Positions 1 to 8,499 of a stretch of 33,600 nucleotides of DNA are shown one piece after another. Source of the stretch: a virus (Duplodnaviria > Caudoviricetes). The DNA lies in the IMG/VR virus record IMGVR_UViG_3300017721_000918, positions 1 through 33,600 of that record. One strand, given 5' to 3'. The stretch's first letter is position 1, and each line of letters starts with the position of its first letter. The notes beneath the pieces are model-generated. The model was not told the origin of the DNA. It saw only the letters and a program-made list of their open reading frames with translations, and made no database searches. A program made the position numbers and the translations under genes.

Positions 1-2
1 AG

Positions 3-686
3 ATAAGACATTATATAAGCATTTTTGCGATTTTAGGACTAACCACAGGAGCATTGGCTAACGATATCTATGTGACACAGTCAGGTGACACACTTGATTT
101 AGACATCACACAAGACGGTCAAAACAACACTGTGGGTAACTCAACCACTGCATCAGCATCAACAGGTACTGCATTCAACATGGACATTGATCAAATAGGT
201 AACAGCAACGTGATCAAGTATCAAGTCAACGGTGCAACCTACGAAGGTATCATTAGTTTGACTGGTGACAGCAACGATGTTGATCTAAATTGTGACTCAA
301 CTAGTGGTAACTCATCTTGTGGAACTGTAACTGCTTCAATCACAATGGTTGGTTCGAGCAATGATTTAGACATTGACATTGGACAAACATCAGCGGCAAC
401 AGGAACAGAGGTTACTATCACATCAGCGGCTTCGGATGATTCAAACGTAATAGCGGCAACTATTGATGGTACCAGTGCAATTTTAAGAATCACTGTAGAT
501 GGTGACACTAACAACTGGTTGGTAGACATCGATGGTAATGGTGATGTAAATGGACATACACTAATACACACTCACACAGGTGGAATTGCTGACGTTGATA
601 TTGTACAAAGTGGCGTGTATGACAACATGATCACTTTAACTACATCAGGTGATAACGCAGACATCGATATTAGTCAGACAGACTAA
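3..686 (+). CDS. Secreted curlin-like (CsgA/CsgB-type) repeat protein; 5' end runs off the window
   Basis: The frame is open from position 3 (IRHYISIFAILGLTTGALA|NDIY, a signal peptide), so the TTG at 54 is not the true start. Repeated xIxQxGxxN/GxxN units (ITQDGQNN, IDQIGNSN, LTGDSN, MVGSSN, VDGDTN) and one Cys pair. Confidence 0.7.
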   Translation: MRHYISIFAILGLTTGALANDIYVTQSGDTLDLDITQDGQNNTVGNSTTASASTGTAFNMDIDQIGNSNVIKYQVNGATYEGIISLTGDSNDVDLNCDSTSGNSSCGTVTASITMVGSSNDLDIDIGQTSAATGTEVTITSAASDDSNVIAATIDGTSAILRITVDGDTNNWLVDIDGNGDVNGHTLIHTHTGGIADVDIVQSGVYDNMITLTTSGDNADIDISQTD

Positions 687-688
687 CA

Positions 689-1828
689 ATGACCCGCATT
701 TTTCTTAGATTACTAATACTAGTAATAGGCACTGTCGCCATAGGTACATACGCCAAACATGCCTTTGGTGATGTGATCGGAGATGTCATAATGCTCGAGG
801 GCAATGGCATCATAGACAGAAAGCAGACTGGTGAGTCTACTCAGTTAGAAATCGATCTTGATGTGTTTTCATATGACACTGTGAAAACAGGCAATGGTAA
901 AACAGCAATTGAATTTCTCGATGAGACCAGAGTAGATGTTACACAGCATTCAAAATTAATCATAGATGAATTTGTGTATGATCCTAATGCCAAAACAGGT
1001 AAACTATCACTCAAGGCATCACTGGGCACTGTGAGATATGCTTCAGGACAGATAGCAAAAAATTCAATGCAGAATGTTGTAATTAAAACTCCAACAGCAA
1101 CCATAGGAGTCAGAGGAACTGACTTCACAATGACTGTGGACGAAATAGGGTCCTCTACAATTATTTTACTTCCTTCTTGTAATTCACAAGGTATGTGTTA
1201 TGTGGGAGAGATAGAAGTTGAATCAGATGCAGGATATGTAATAATGAATCAGGCATTTCAGGCCACTGTGGTTGATACTATTTCTACTCCTCCTATGAAG
1301 CCGGTGATACTTGATCTAAGTGAAGACTTGATTGGAAACTTGTTGATTATTTCTAAGCCAACCGAGATACAAGAACAACAAAAGGCGGCAGAATATAACA
1401 AAGTTGCCACTGCACTTGACTTGGACTTTTTACAATTTGATGACTTAGAAATAGATTATTTGGAAGAAGAGGAAGACAACTGGGCAACAGGACTTGATAT
1501 TGATTTTCTCGAACAAAATTTCCTAGTTGATGTGTTGGATCAGATCAATAAAGAATTAGCAAAACAGATGGCCAATGCAGGACTAGAACGTAGATCAACT
1601 GTGGACCACTCGGGCATTCCTTTAGGTAAGGACCCGGATACTGGCATCATAATATTGGACGAAGATCCATCGTGGGTGTATGCTAGAGAAGGTGCAACCA
1701 ACTATTTTGAACTGCGATTAGATAAGGAATTTGGTTACATAATTAGTTTTGTACAAGGTGACTTTGAGAGTTACGATTATGAATTGGGAGGGCAACAAAA
1801 TGAAATCCGTTTATTTCAGTCTAATTAG
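689..1828 (+). CDS. FecR-domain exported/periplasmic protein
   Basis: N-terminal signal/TM segment; FecR-type motifs DTVKTG..IEFLDET, LGTVR, IKTPTATIGVRGTDF; acidic C-terminal half. Confidence 0.85.
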   Translation: MTRIFLRLLILVIGTVAIGTYAKHAFGDVIGDVIMLEGNGIIDRKQTGESTQLEIDLDVFSYDTVKTGNGKTAIEFLDETRVDVTQHSKLIIDEFVYDPNAKTGKLSLKASLGTVRYASGQIAKNSMQNVVIKTPTATIGVRGTDFTMTVDEIGSSTIILLPSCNSQGMCYVGEIEVESDAGYVIMNQAFQATVVDTISTPPMKPVILDLSEDLIGNLLIISKPTEIQEQQKAAEYNKVATALDLDFLQFDDLEIDYLEEEEDNWATGLDIDFLEQNFLVDVLDQINKELAKQMANAGLERRSTVDHSGIPLGKDPDTGIIILDEDPSWVYAREGATNYFELRLDKEFGYIISFVQGDFESYDYELGGQQNEIRLFQSN

Positions 1829-2096
1829 TTTTGCTTTTGTTATACTGATGTTTGAAATTTTAATGACAACATATACTCATGCAAATGATTTATTGTATGC
1901 ATTAAAAACTATAGAACACAGAATAGATGAATGTATTGCTGAACGTGATTGCACAGAATTAGCAAATGAAAATCCTTTGCTCACATCAGTTTTATTGGAT
2001 TACGACTTCATGGTTGAAATTGCACCTGGTATAGACAGACACAGATTGGCGTATCTACATGACAAGACTGTACAGGCAATGGCATATGTGGACTAG
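1800..2096 (+). CDS. Small hypothetical protein with N-terminal hydrophobic segment
   Basis: Likely start ATG 1800 (MKSVYFSLISFAFVILMF); overlaps both neighbours in the operon; Cys pair. Confidence 0.55.
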   Translation: MKSVYFSLISFAFVILMFEILMTTYTHANDLLYALKTIEHRIDECIAERDCTELANENPLLTSVLLDYDFMVEIAPGIDRHRLAYLHDKTVQAMAYVD

Positions 2097-3543
2097 ACTT
2101 TTCACAATAATACTAATGTTGATCCCTTCTACAGTTTGGGGAGGAAATGCGTTAATTTATCATTCCAATTACAGTGATGCACACACCAATATGAAAGCAC
2201 AGTTAGAAGCAGATGGTCATACCGTGACTCTATCAACAGATGGTTCTATTGCTGACAACTTGATCAACAGTTACGACATTGTAGTAGACTTAAAATACAA
2301 CAACAACATAGGCGGAAATGGAAAGACCAGATATCAAAACTTTGTACAAGCAGGTGGTATATTGATTGTAACTGGTGAAAACAATGCAAATTTCAGTAGC
2401 AGAAACAACAACATAGAAGCATTGATAGAAAATAAATTTGGTGGCTCATTGACTATCAGTGGGAACACTTCTGGTTGCAGTAGTCCTTGTTCTGCAAATC
2501 AAATAACAAATTCAAACAATGTCACGCAAACCAACACTGATGCAGGAGTAAGCAGTTATACCAGTGTTGGTCATTATCCATATGGTGCATATTTTACAGG
2601 TGATGGCACATGGGTAGCAAAAAATGCCAGTGGACAAATTTTATGGATGAAATGGTCAGGAAATCAATTGCCGAGTGGATACACTGGTGAAGTGTATGTG
2701 ACCTTTGATCTTAACCAATTTGAATCTGCATTCGATGGCACAGACTTTTACGATTTGATGAGTGATTTGTACACAGAAGCGGTTACCAGTGTTACAATAT
2801 CATCGGGACAAACCACTTTAAAAAACAGTGCCTTCAATGCAACATCCAGTGAGAACAAAGTAAATCTTGTCACAGACGGAAGCAACAATACAATAAACAT
2901 AAAACAATCAGGCAACAATAATTTTGTGGTAGGCACTGATTGGACCAGTGCAGGAAACATCACTGGCAACAGCAACACATTAACAATTGATCAGGGTAAT
3001 GTCTTAACGAGCGGAAGCAGTGTTGACAATGGACTGGGCATAGATATCACTGGCAACAGCAACACTGTGATATTGTCGCAAGGTGATGCCGCCAATGATG
3101 ATGGCGGACACAGGACATGGTTAGACATTGACGGCAGTTCAAATCATTTGACGTTACAACAGAAAGACAGCGACACACAAGGCACTGATGGTGATCATTT
3201 TATGTCATTAGATTTGGATTCATCCAGTAACACGTTGGTTTTACAGCAGTTGAACGACAATGACAAAGTGATGTTTTTAGATATTAATAACAACAGCAAC
3301 ACAATAGACATATCGCAAGAGGGTACAGGTAATCATTATTTAGATCTTACCACAGCAGGATCAGCTCATGACATAGATATCATGCAAAAAGACAATGGCA
3401 ACCATGCCGCAAGAATAGATCTAGGTGGATATTCAATTGACTTTGATCTTTTGCAACAAGGATCCACAAGTCAAAGTTATAATGTCACCAGCAGTTGTGG
3501 AGCTGCCAATGGTTGCACACTGAGTACCACACAAGGAGAATAA
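2086..3543 (+). CDS. Secreted protein: N-terminal class I glutamine amidotransferase-like (alpha/beta) domain plus C-terminal curlin-like repeats
   Basis: Start ATG 2086 with signal peptide MWTRLFTIILMLIPSTVWG; YDIVV..FVQAGGILIVTGE pattern; C-terminal repeats INIKQSGNNN, ITGNSNTLTIDQG, ITGNSNTVILSQG, IDISQEGTGNH; ends CGAANGCTLSTTQGE. Confidence 0.7.
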   Translation: MWTRLFTIILMLIPSTVWGGNALIYHSNYSDAHTNMKAQLEADGHTVTLSTDGSIADNLINSYDIVVDLKYNNNIGGNGKTRYQNFVQAGGILIVTGENNANFSSRNNNIEALIENKFGGSLTISGNTSGCSSPCSANQITNSNNVTQTNTDAGVSSYTSVGHYPYGAYFTGDGTWVAKNASGQILWMKWSGNQLPSGYTGEVYVTFDLNQFESAFDGTDFYDLMSDLYTEAVTSVTISSGQTTLKNSAFNATSSENKVNLVTDGSNNTINIKQSGNNNFVVGTDWTSAGNITGNSNTLTIDQGNVLTSGSSVDNGLGIDITGNSNTVILSQGDAANDDGGHRTWLDIDGSSNHLTLQQKDSDTQGTDGDHFMSLDLDSSSNTLVLQQLNDNDKVMFLDINNNSNTIDISQEGTGNHYLDLTTAGSAHDIDIMQKDNGNHAARIDLGGYSIDFDLLQQGSTSQSYNVTSSCGAANGCTLSTTQGE

Positions 3544-3890
3544 TGTTTAAAAGAATACGAGAACGTTGGAAGAAGGCATTTACATCAGACAACATTGTAG
3601 ACTTAAGTGTGGACATATTCCTAATGGTGGTTGATGTGTTATCTTCTCCTATTTTAATAGTAATGAGAATAGTGCGTTGGCTCATTAATAAATTTTTCAT
3701 AGATTATATGAAAGCAGGCGTAAGAGGCATTGTGCATTGGTTCCAAAGACATAGTGCTAGACGCAAAGAACTAGGATATGGATTTATTAGATACTGGTGG
3801 TGGTTGCTACTGTTAAGTCCTGCGATAATGGTATTAATCGCATTTGCGATTGCGTTTATAATAGGATGGAAAGAAGGAATGGCATCATGA
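3543..3890 (+). CDS. Small membrane protein
   Basis: TAATG overlap with the upstream stop (ATG 3543) and a GGAG SD; two hydrophobic segments; ATGA overlap with the cyclase start. Confidence 0.65.
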   Translation: MFKRIRERWKKAFTSDNIVDLSVDIFLMVVDVLSSPILIVMRIVRWLINKFFIDYMKAGVRGIVHWFQRHSARRKELGYGFIRYWWWLLLLSPAIMVLIAFAIAFIIGWKEGMAS

Positions 3891-5731
3891 GTAAGATATT
3901 AACTCATTGGACTGTGGCATTTTTGACTTTGGCGTTATTAGTTTTTTTGCGAGTACAGGACGACGGACTGGTAGAAACTGCTAGATTAAAATCATTTGAT
4001 TATCTACAGAGCACAGATCCTGTCACTACGAGTGAAGACATCATAGTTGTAGAGATAGATGAAGCCGCCATCGAAATGAATGGTCAATGGCCATGGTCGC
4101 GTGACAAGATGGCAGACTTAATTTGGAAATTGCGTGAGCAGGGTGCAGGGATAATCATATTGCCCATACTGTTTGCAGAAGATGACCGAGACGGCCAAGA
4201 CATGGCATTGGCACAAGCATTGGTTCAGAACGGTGTGATCATTGCACAGGTAGGCACCACACAAACAAACAAGAATGCAGTGCCACGTGGCGTTGCTAAA
4301 ATAGGAGATCCTATTCCATGGTTGTTCCAATGGCCAGGCATGTTAGGACCAATTGAACTGTTAGGACTTAATGCCGATGGTGTGGGCGTGATCAACATAG
4401 CACCTGAGATAGACGGTGTAGTAAGACGTGTTCCTTTGATCATGACAGTGGGTGAAGAAACTTATCCAGCAATGGCAATTGAAATGATTAGAGTTGCTGT
4501 AGGTGATCCATCTTATCAGATCAAAGCAGGAGAGGCAGGAGTTATTGCAGTCAGAGTACCTGGCTATGACACAATCTACACAGACCAACATGCTAGAATT
4601 TGGTTGCGTTGGAATAAAGATTTTGAAACTGTTAGTATGGCTGATGATTTGAGTGTTGTGGCTGGTAAGACAGTTGTGATAGGTTTGACAGCAGAAGGGT
4701 TAGCAAATACCATTGCCTCACCATCTGGCACACAGTATGCACATACACCGATTGCAGTATCTTTACAAACCATAATCAATGGTGAAAACATCAAAAGAAC
4801 AGACTTGGCAGACACATATGAACTTGGATTTTTATTACTGCTAGGACTTATATTAATAATTGCTTCACGTTTTGTACACTATTATATTGTAGCAGGAACG
4901 ATTGTGTTGGCAGGTGTTGGCACAGTGTTTGGTGCCACCTATTTGTATTCTACATATTTGCTATTGTTTGATTTTTCATGGCCTGTAATCACAATCACAC
5001 TTGTAGGACTTCATGCAGTATTCAACAGATTTGTTAGAGAGTTCCAACTTAAACAACAGATTAGGAAACAGTTTGAAAAATATTTAGATCCTAGACAGGT
5101 TGCAATACTAGTGAAACACCCAGAGAAATTAAAACTAGGAGGCGACAGAAAAGAAATGAGTTTCTTGTTTATGGACATTGTAGGCTTTACACCTATATCA
5201 GAATACTACAAGAACAATGATGATCCGGAAGGATTAGTTGAAGTGATAAATGATTATCTCAATAGGATGTCTAAGATTGTGTTAGCAAATGGCGGTACCA
5301 TAGACAAGTACATGGGTGATTGTATCATGGCATTTTGGAATGCTCCATTGGACTGTGAGAATCATGCGGAGATGGCAGTGAAGACTGCTATTGAATGTGC
5401 AGAAGAAACAGACAAAATCAAAGCAGAATTCAAAGAACGTGGACTGCCAGATATCAATATTGGTTCTGGCGTAAACACTGGCACTTGTATTGTGGGTAAC
5501 ATGGGCAGTGAAATGAGATTGGATTACTCTGTAATAGGAGATGCAGTAAACTTGGCCGCTAGATTAGAGGCGGCGACACGAAATTACAAAGATGAAAACG
5601 GAAAAGTTACTCCTACATTATATTCAAGTTACACAATGGAGCAACTGACTGATATCAAATCAGTCGAAGTAGATAAGATCAAAGTAAAAGGTAAAGAAGA
5701 ACTTATTACCATTTATAAACCTCAGTCATAA
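3887..5731 (+). CDS. CHASE2-domain transmembrane class III adenylate cyclase
   Basis: Start ATG 3887 (ATGA overlap); N-terminal TM; CHASE2 motifs IVVVEIDE, GQWPWSR, DGVVRRVPL; three TM helices; catalytic motifs FMDIVGFT, DKYMGDC, GNMGS, DYSVIGDAVNLAARLE, VKGK. Confidence 0.95.
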   Translation: MSKILTHWTVAFLTLALLVFLRVQDDGLVETARLKSFDYLQSTDPVTTSEDIIVVEIDEAAIEMNGQWPWSRDKMADLIWKLREQGAGIIILPILFAEDDRDGQDMALAQALVQNGVIIAQVGTTQTNKNAVPRGVAKIGDPIPWLFQWPGMLGPIELLGLNADGVGVINIAPEIDGVVRRVPLIMTVGEETYPAMAIEMIRVAVGDPSYQIKAGEAGVIAVRVPGYDTIYTDQHARIWLRWNKDFETVSMADDLSVVAGKTVVIGLTAEGLANTIASPSGTQYAHTPIAVSLQTIINGENIKRTDLADTYELGFLLLLGLILIIASRFVHYYIVAGTIVLAGVGTVFGATYLYSTYLLLFDFSWPVITITLVGLHAVFNRFVREFQLKQQIRKQFEKYLDPRQVAILVKHPEKLKLGGDRKEMSFLFMDIVGFTPISEYYKNNDDPEGLVEVINDYLNRMSKIVLANGGTIDKYMGDCIMAFWNAPLDCENHAEMAVKTAIECAEETDKIKAEFKERGLPDINIGSGVNTGTCIVGNMGSEMRLDYSVIGDAVNLAARLEAATRNYKDENGKVTPTLYSSYTMEQLTDIKSVEVDKIKVKGKEELITIYKPQS

Positions 5732-5756
5732 AAAAAGGGTGACCGAAGCCACCCTT
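5731..5756 (-). terminator. Intrinsic terminator between convergent genes, probably bidirectional
   Basis: Minus strand GGGUGGC-UUCG-GUCACCC followed by a U run. Confidence 0.85.
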
Positions 5757-5780
5757 CTTAAACAGGTATCTACCTAAGTA

Positions 5781-6095
5781 TTAAGCAACGTGATTGATTA
5801 CTGTTCTACCAGAAGCAGATAGTAATGAAATCATTTCGTTTCTTAAAGACTGTGCAGATGCTAGATCTGATTTTGCAAGTACTCTAACATTAAAGTCATA
5901 ACCAGCGTCGATTAATTTTTTAGTTGGAGTCGGTCTTGTCATTGCTAAGTTTTTAAACTTAAGAACACCACCGTTGATGTTGCCACTGTTATCAGTTGCA
6001 TTTTTAGCCTCTTCTATGAAGACGCCGATTTTAGAGTTTACATTACCTTTTGAAAACTCTCTTGTGTAAGTCACATATTGCTTTGTTCTAGCCAT
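5781..6095 (-). CDS. Hypothetical protein, probable early gene
   Basis: 104-aa ORF with a GAGG SD, its own sigma70 promoter and terminator. Confidence 0.75.
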   Translation of the reverse strand: MARTKQYVTYTREFSKGNVNSKIGVFIEEAKNATDNSGNINGGVLKFKNLAMTRPTPTKKLIDAGYDFNVRVLAKSDLASAQSLRNEMISLLSASGRTVINHVA

Positions 6096-6135
6096 TTTTT
6101 GTTACCCTCTTAAAGTTAAGTTGTTAATATATTAA

Positions 6136-6164
6136 ATTATACAGTCAGGCTTACTTAAAGTCAA
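6136..6164 (-). promoter_or_regulatory. Sigma70-type promoter TTGACT-17-TATAAT
   Basis: Near-consensus hexamers with a 17-nt spacer upstream of the 6095 start. Confidence 0.8.
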
Positions 6165-6174
6165 CCCCTAAAAT

Positions 6175-7308
6175 TTATCCAAGTAAATCAACAAGTTCAG
6201 GAAAGACTTGTTGTATTTTTTCATTTCGGTACTGGTCATGCAGTCTTGTAACTTGCCAAAATTTTTCAATCAAATGGCTGTTGTCCTCATCTAGCCATTT
6301 AGAAACACTTCTAATATCTTTAACCTTGCTATTTTGGTATTTTTGTTGCATTTTTAGTTTTGATACTAATGGTAACACACTACACTGATAATGGTTTGGA
6401 CTATGTAATCGACCTAACCACGGCTTGGGCAAATTATTTTTTAGATAATATTCAAAAATTTCGTCTAAGTAAGCAATAGTAAAAATAGAAACAGTGCATG
6501 AAATACTCAGTTGCAGATTCTCACTGACCATTGCTTTGTAATTTTGTAAATTTTCTTCTACCAGATTCCAATTGGCACCTTTCCTGTTATATTCAAATCT
6601 TTTTCCAATATCATCTATACTGGGTTGAATATCAATATGTTTAAATTTTTTCCATAATGTTTGTAAGGTTTGACTAGGTTGTGTTGTGCAGTTGGTATTA
6701 TAATGAACCCTTACTTTGTTTGCTACACCATTTTGTATCAGTGATTCCAAATATTGAGTATGAATTTCATCCTCTAACAAAAACGGTTCTCCTCCGTGAA
6801 TGTGTATTTCTAACAAATTTTTAGAATGTTTAATTAAGTCTTTCCATACACTAGGATTGTTTGCCCAGTCATTCTTTTCAAATGTTTCACTGTAAATGCT
6901 TTTCCATTCACTGATCCATTTACTTGAAGATTCGGGACTACAAATTCTACATTTCAAATTGCATAGATTGCCAATTGGAATATTGATTAAATTAATTTTT
7001 TGTGAATCGAAATCGTATCGATCGAATTCTTCTTTCCATCTTGTATTGTGTAGTTGCCTATGGCTTTCATATCCTGCATCTTCGTCCTTCCAGCATCTCA
7101 CACATGCATTTGGTTTCTCTCCTTGCAAGAAAGAATTTTGTAAATTTTTAATGTATTTGCTATTTTGAAATAGTTCTATAGAATTTTGATCTTTAATATT
7201 GATCTGCTCAAATAAAGGATCTTCTTGTGGTGTGTATTTGCAACATGGACGAAGTGTTCCGTCGTTTGATATTTCAAGACCATTCCATGGCTGATAGCAA
7301 AAAGACAT
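6175..7308 (-). CDS. Radical SAM protein with N-terminal twitch/SPASM-like Cys cluster
   Basis: CNLKCRIC (CxxxCxxC), GGEP, NTN, SIDD motifs; N-terminal C..PW..G..PCC..CVRC. Confidence 0.9.
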   Translation of the reverse strand: MSFCYQPWNGLEISNDGTLRPCCKYTPQEDPLFEQINIKDQNSIELFQNSKYIKNLQNSFLQGEKPNACVRCWKDEDAGYESHRQLHNTRWKEEFDRYDFDSQKINLINIPIGNLCNLKCRICSPESSSKWISEWKSIYSETFEKNDWANNPSVWKDLIKHSKNLLEIHIHGGEPFLLEDEIHTQYLESLIQNGVANKVRVHYNTNCTTQPSQTLQTLWKKFKHIDIQPSIDDIGKRFEYNRKGANWNLVEENLQNYKAMVSENLQLSISCTVSIFTIAYLDEIFEYYLKNNLPKPWLGRLHSPNHYQCSVLPLVSKLKMQQKYQNSKVKDIRSVSKWLDEDNSHLIEKFWQVTRLHDQYRNEKIQQVFPELVDLLG

Positions 7309-7321
7309 ACATTAATTTATA

Positions 7322-7624
7322 TTATATTGCTTCTACTTTGACGTCTAATGGATAACCATGTTGTACTGCATCAACTTTTACTTCAGTTGCTTTTTGTTCT
7401 GCTATTTCAAAACTGTACAATGCAACCACACCTTTGCCTTCATTGTGTATGGTTTCTGTCATTTTGTTTGCTTGATCTTTGTTGTATTGAAAATGTTTTA
7501 TTAAAGATTGAATTACAAAATCCATAGGTGTTTTTTCGTCATTCAAATACACCACAGCATACTTGCCAGGTTCTTTTAGAATTTGTATTGTTTTTTCTTC
7601 TACTTGAGTATCTGCCATTGTCAT
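7322..7624 (-). CDS. clpS: ClpS N-end-rule adaptor
   Basis: YAVVYLNDEKTPMDFV, IHNEGKGVV, EIAEQK, GYPL motifs. Confidence 0.93.
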   Translation of the reverse strand: MTMADTQVEEKTIQILKEPGKYAVVYLNDEKTPMDFVIQSLIKHFQYNKDQANKMTETIHNEGKGVVALYSFEIAEQKATEVKVDAVQHGYPLDVKVEAI

Positions 7625-7632
7625 ATATTTAA

Positions 7633-7660
7633 ATTATAAACTCTATTAAAAGTATGTCAA
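7633..7660 (-). promoter_or_regulatory. Sigma70-type promoter TTGACA-16-TATAAT for clpS
   Basis: Consensus hexamers; the ATG lies 8 nt after the -10 box. Confidence 0.7.
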
Positions 7661-7665
7661 CTTAA

Positions 7666-7687
7666 AGGGGGCAGTTTCCTACCCCCT
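7666..7687 (-). terminator. Hairpin/terminator after hsp20
   Basis: GGGGGUAG-GAAA-CUGCCCCC stem-loop with a short U tail. Confidence 0.65.
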
Positions 7688-7696
7688 GTTTATAAG

Positions 7697-8143
7697 TTAT
7701 TTTATTTGTATTGATCTTGCTTTTTTGCCCTCTGGAATAATTTTCTCCAGTGATACAGTAAGCAATCCATCTTTGAGTTCAGCACCTTGTACTTCTACAT
7801 CGTCAGCAAGTGTGAATGTTCTTGTGAACTTTCTTTTACTGATGCCTTTGTAGATCGTGCCTTCTTTATCTTCTTCGTCTGTTTTGTGTATAGATTTGAT
7901 TGTTAGAGCATTGTCTTTGTACTCTACATCAATATCTTTTTTACCAAAACCAGCAAGAGCCAGTTCTATATTGTAAGTGTAGTCTCCTGTTCTCACAATA
8001 TCATATGGTGGGTAGTTTCCCATGTGCCCGCCATTTAGTTTAAAGTCATTCTCAAACATTCTTTCGAATACATCGAATGCATTATCAAACCCTACTGTGT
8101 ATGGTTTTAGATCGTTAAAGATTGATAGTGAATTTCTTGTCAT
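7697..8143 (-). CDS. Small heat shock protein (Hsp20/IbpA family)
   Basis: YPPYDI, IELALAGF, YKGISKRKFTRTFTL, AELKDGLLTVSL, IQI motifs; AAGGAG SD. Confidence 0.95.
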   Translation of the reverse strand: MTRNSLSIFNDLKPYTVGFDNAFDVFERMFENDFKLNGGHMGNYPPYDIVRTGDYTYNIELALAGFGKKDIDVEYKDNALTIKSIHKTDEEDKEGTIYKGISKRKFTRTFTLADDVEVQGAELKDGLLTVSLEKIIPEGKKARSIQIK

Positions 8144-8151
8144 TGTATTAT

Positions 8152-8201
8152 CTCCTTTATAAGCAAGTTAATTCTATGCAGGTCCTATTAAGCAACCTAC
8201 A
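8152..8201 (-). promoter_or_regulatory. ROSE-like RNA thermometer (two tandem UUGCU/AGGA hairpins) in the hsp20 5' UTR
   Basis: GUAGGUUGCU-UAAU-AGGACCUGC, then CUUGCUU-AUA-AAGGAG pairing the SD, each with a bulged G. Confidence 0.7.
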
Positions 8202-8218
8202 ATATTATTTATACACTT

Positions 8219-8246
8219 AATATAATGATGATTTTTGTAATGTCAA
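8219..8246 (-). promoter_or_regulatory. Sigma70-type promoter TTGACA-16-TATATT for hsp20, with a TATAAATA just downstream
   Basis: Hexamers read directly; TATAAATA at about 8206-8213. Confidence 0.55.
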
Positions 8247-8250
8247 GAGC

Positions 8251-8499
8251 CTAAAACAAATTTTTTTTCTTTTTTTTGTTTTTTGCCAACATCCTTTTGA
8301 TACGATTCTTTTCAAGTTTGCGTTTTTCAGAAGGTTTAATAAAGTGTCTGCGATCTCTTGCTTCTTCTAATATGCCTTCTTTCAGCAATTTCTTTTTGAG
8401 TTTGCGATAGGCTTGCATAGCATCTTGGCCTTCACGCACTCGTACTTCTAGATGTGGACTAGGTGTCCAGTCACGGTATTGGTAGTTTTTTTTAATCAT
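8251..8499 (-). CDS. rpsU: Ribosomal protein bS21
   Basis: EVRVREG..MQAYRKLKKK..KEGILEE.R.RRHFIKPSEKRK matches the bS21 pattern; likely start ATG 8499 overlapping the clpX stop. Confidence 0.88.
   Translation of the reverse strand: MIKKNYQYRDWTPSPHLEVRVREGQDAMQAYRKLKKKLLKEGILEEARDRRHFIKPSEKRKLEKNRIKRMLAKNKKKKKNLF

Noticed and set aside
3887-5731. Cyclase as a Pycsar/CBASS-type defence enzyme
   Set aside because: It has a receptor-type CHASE2/TM architecture with ATP-selecting residues, and no adjacent cyclic-nucleotide-binding effector gene.
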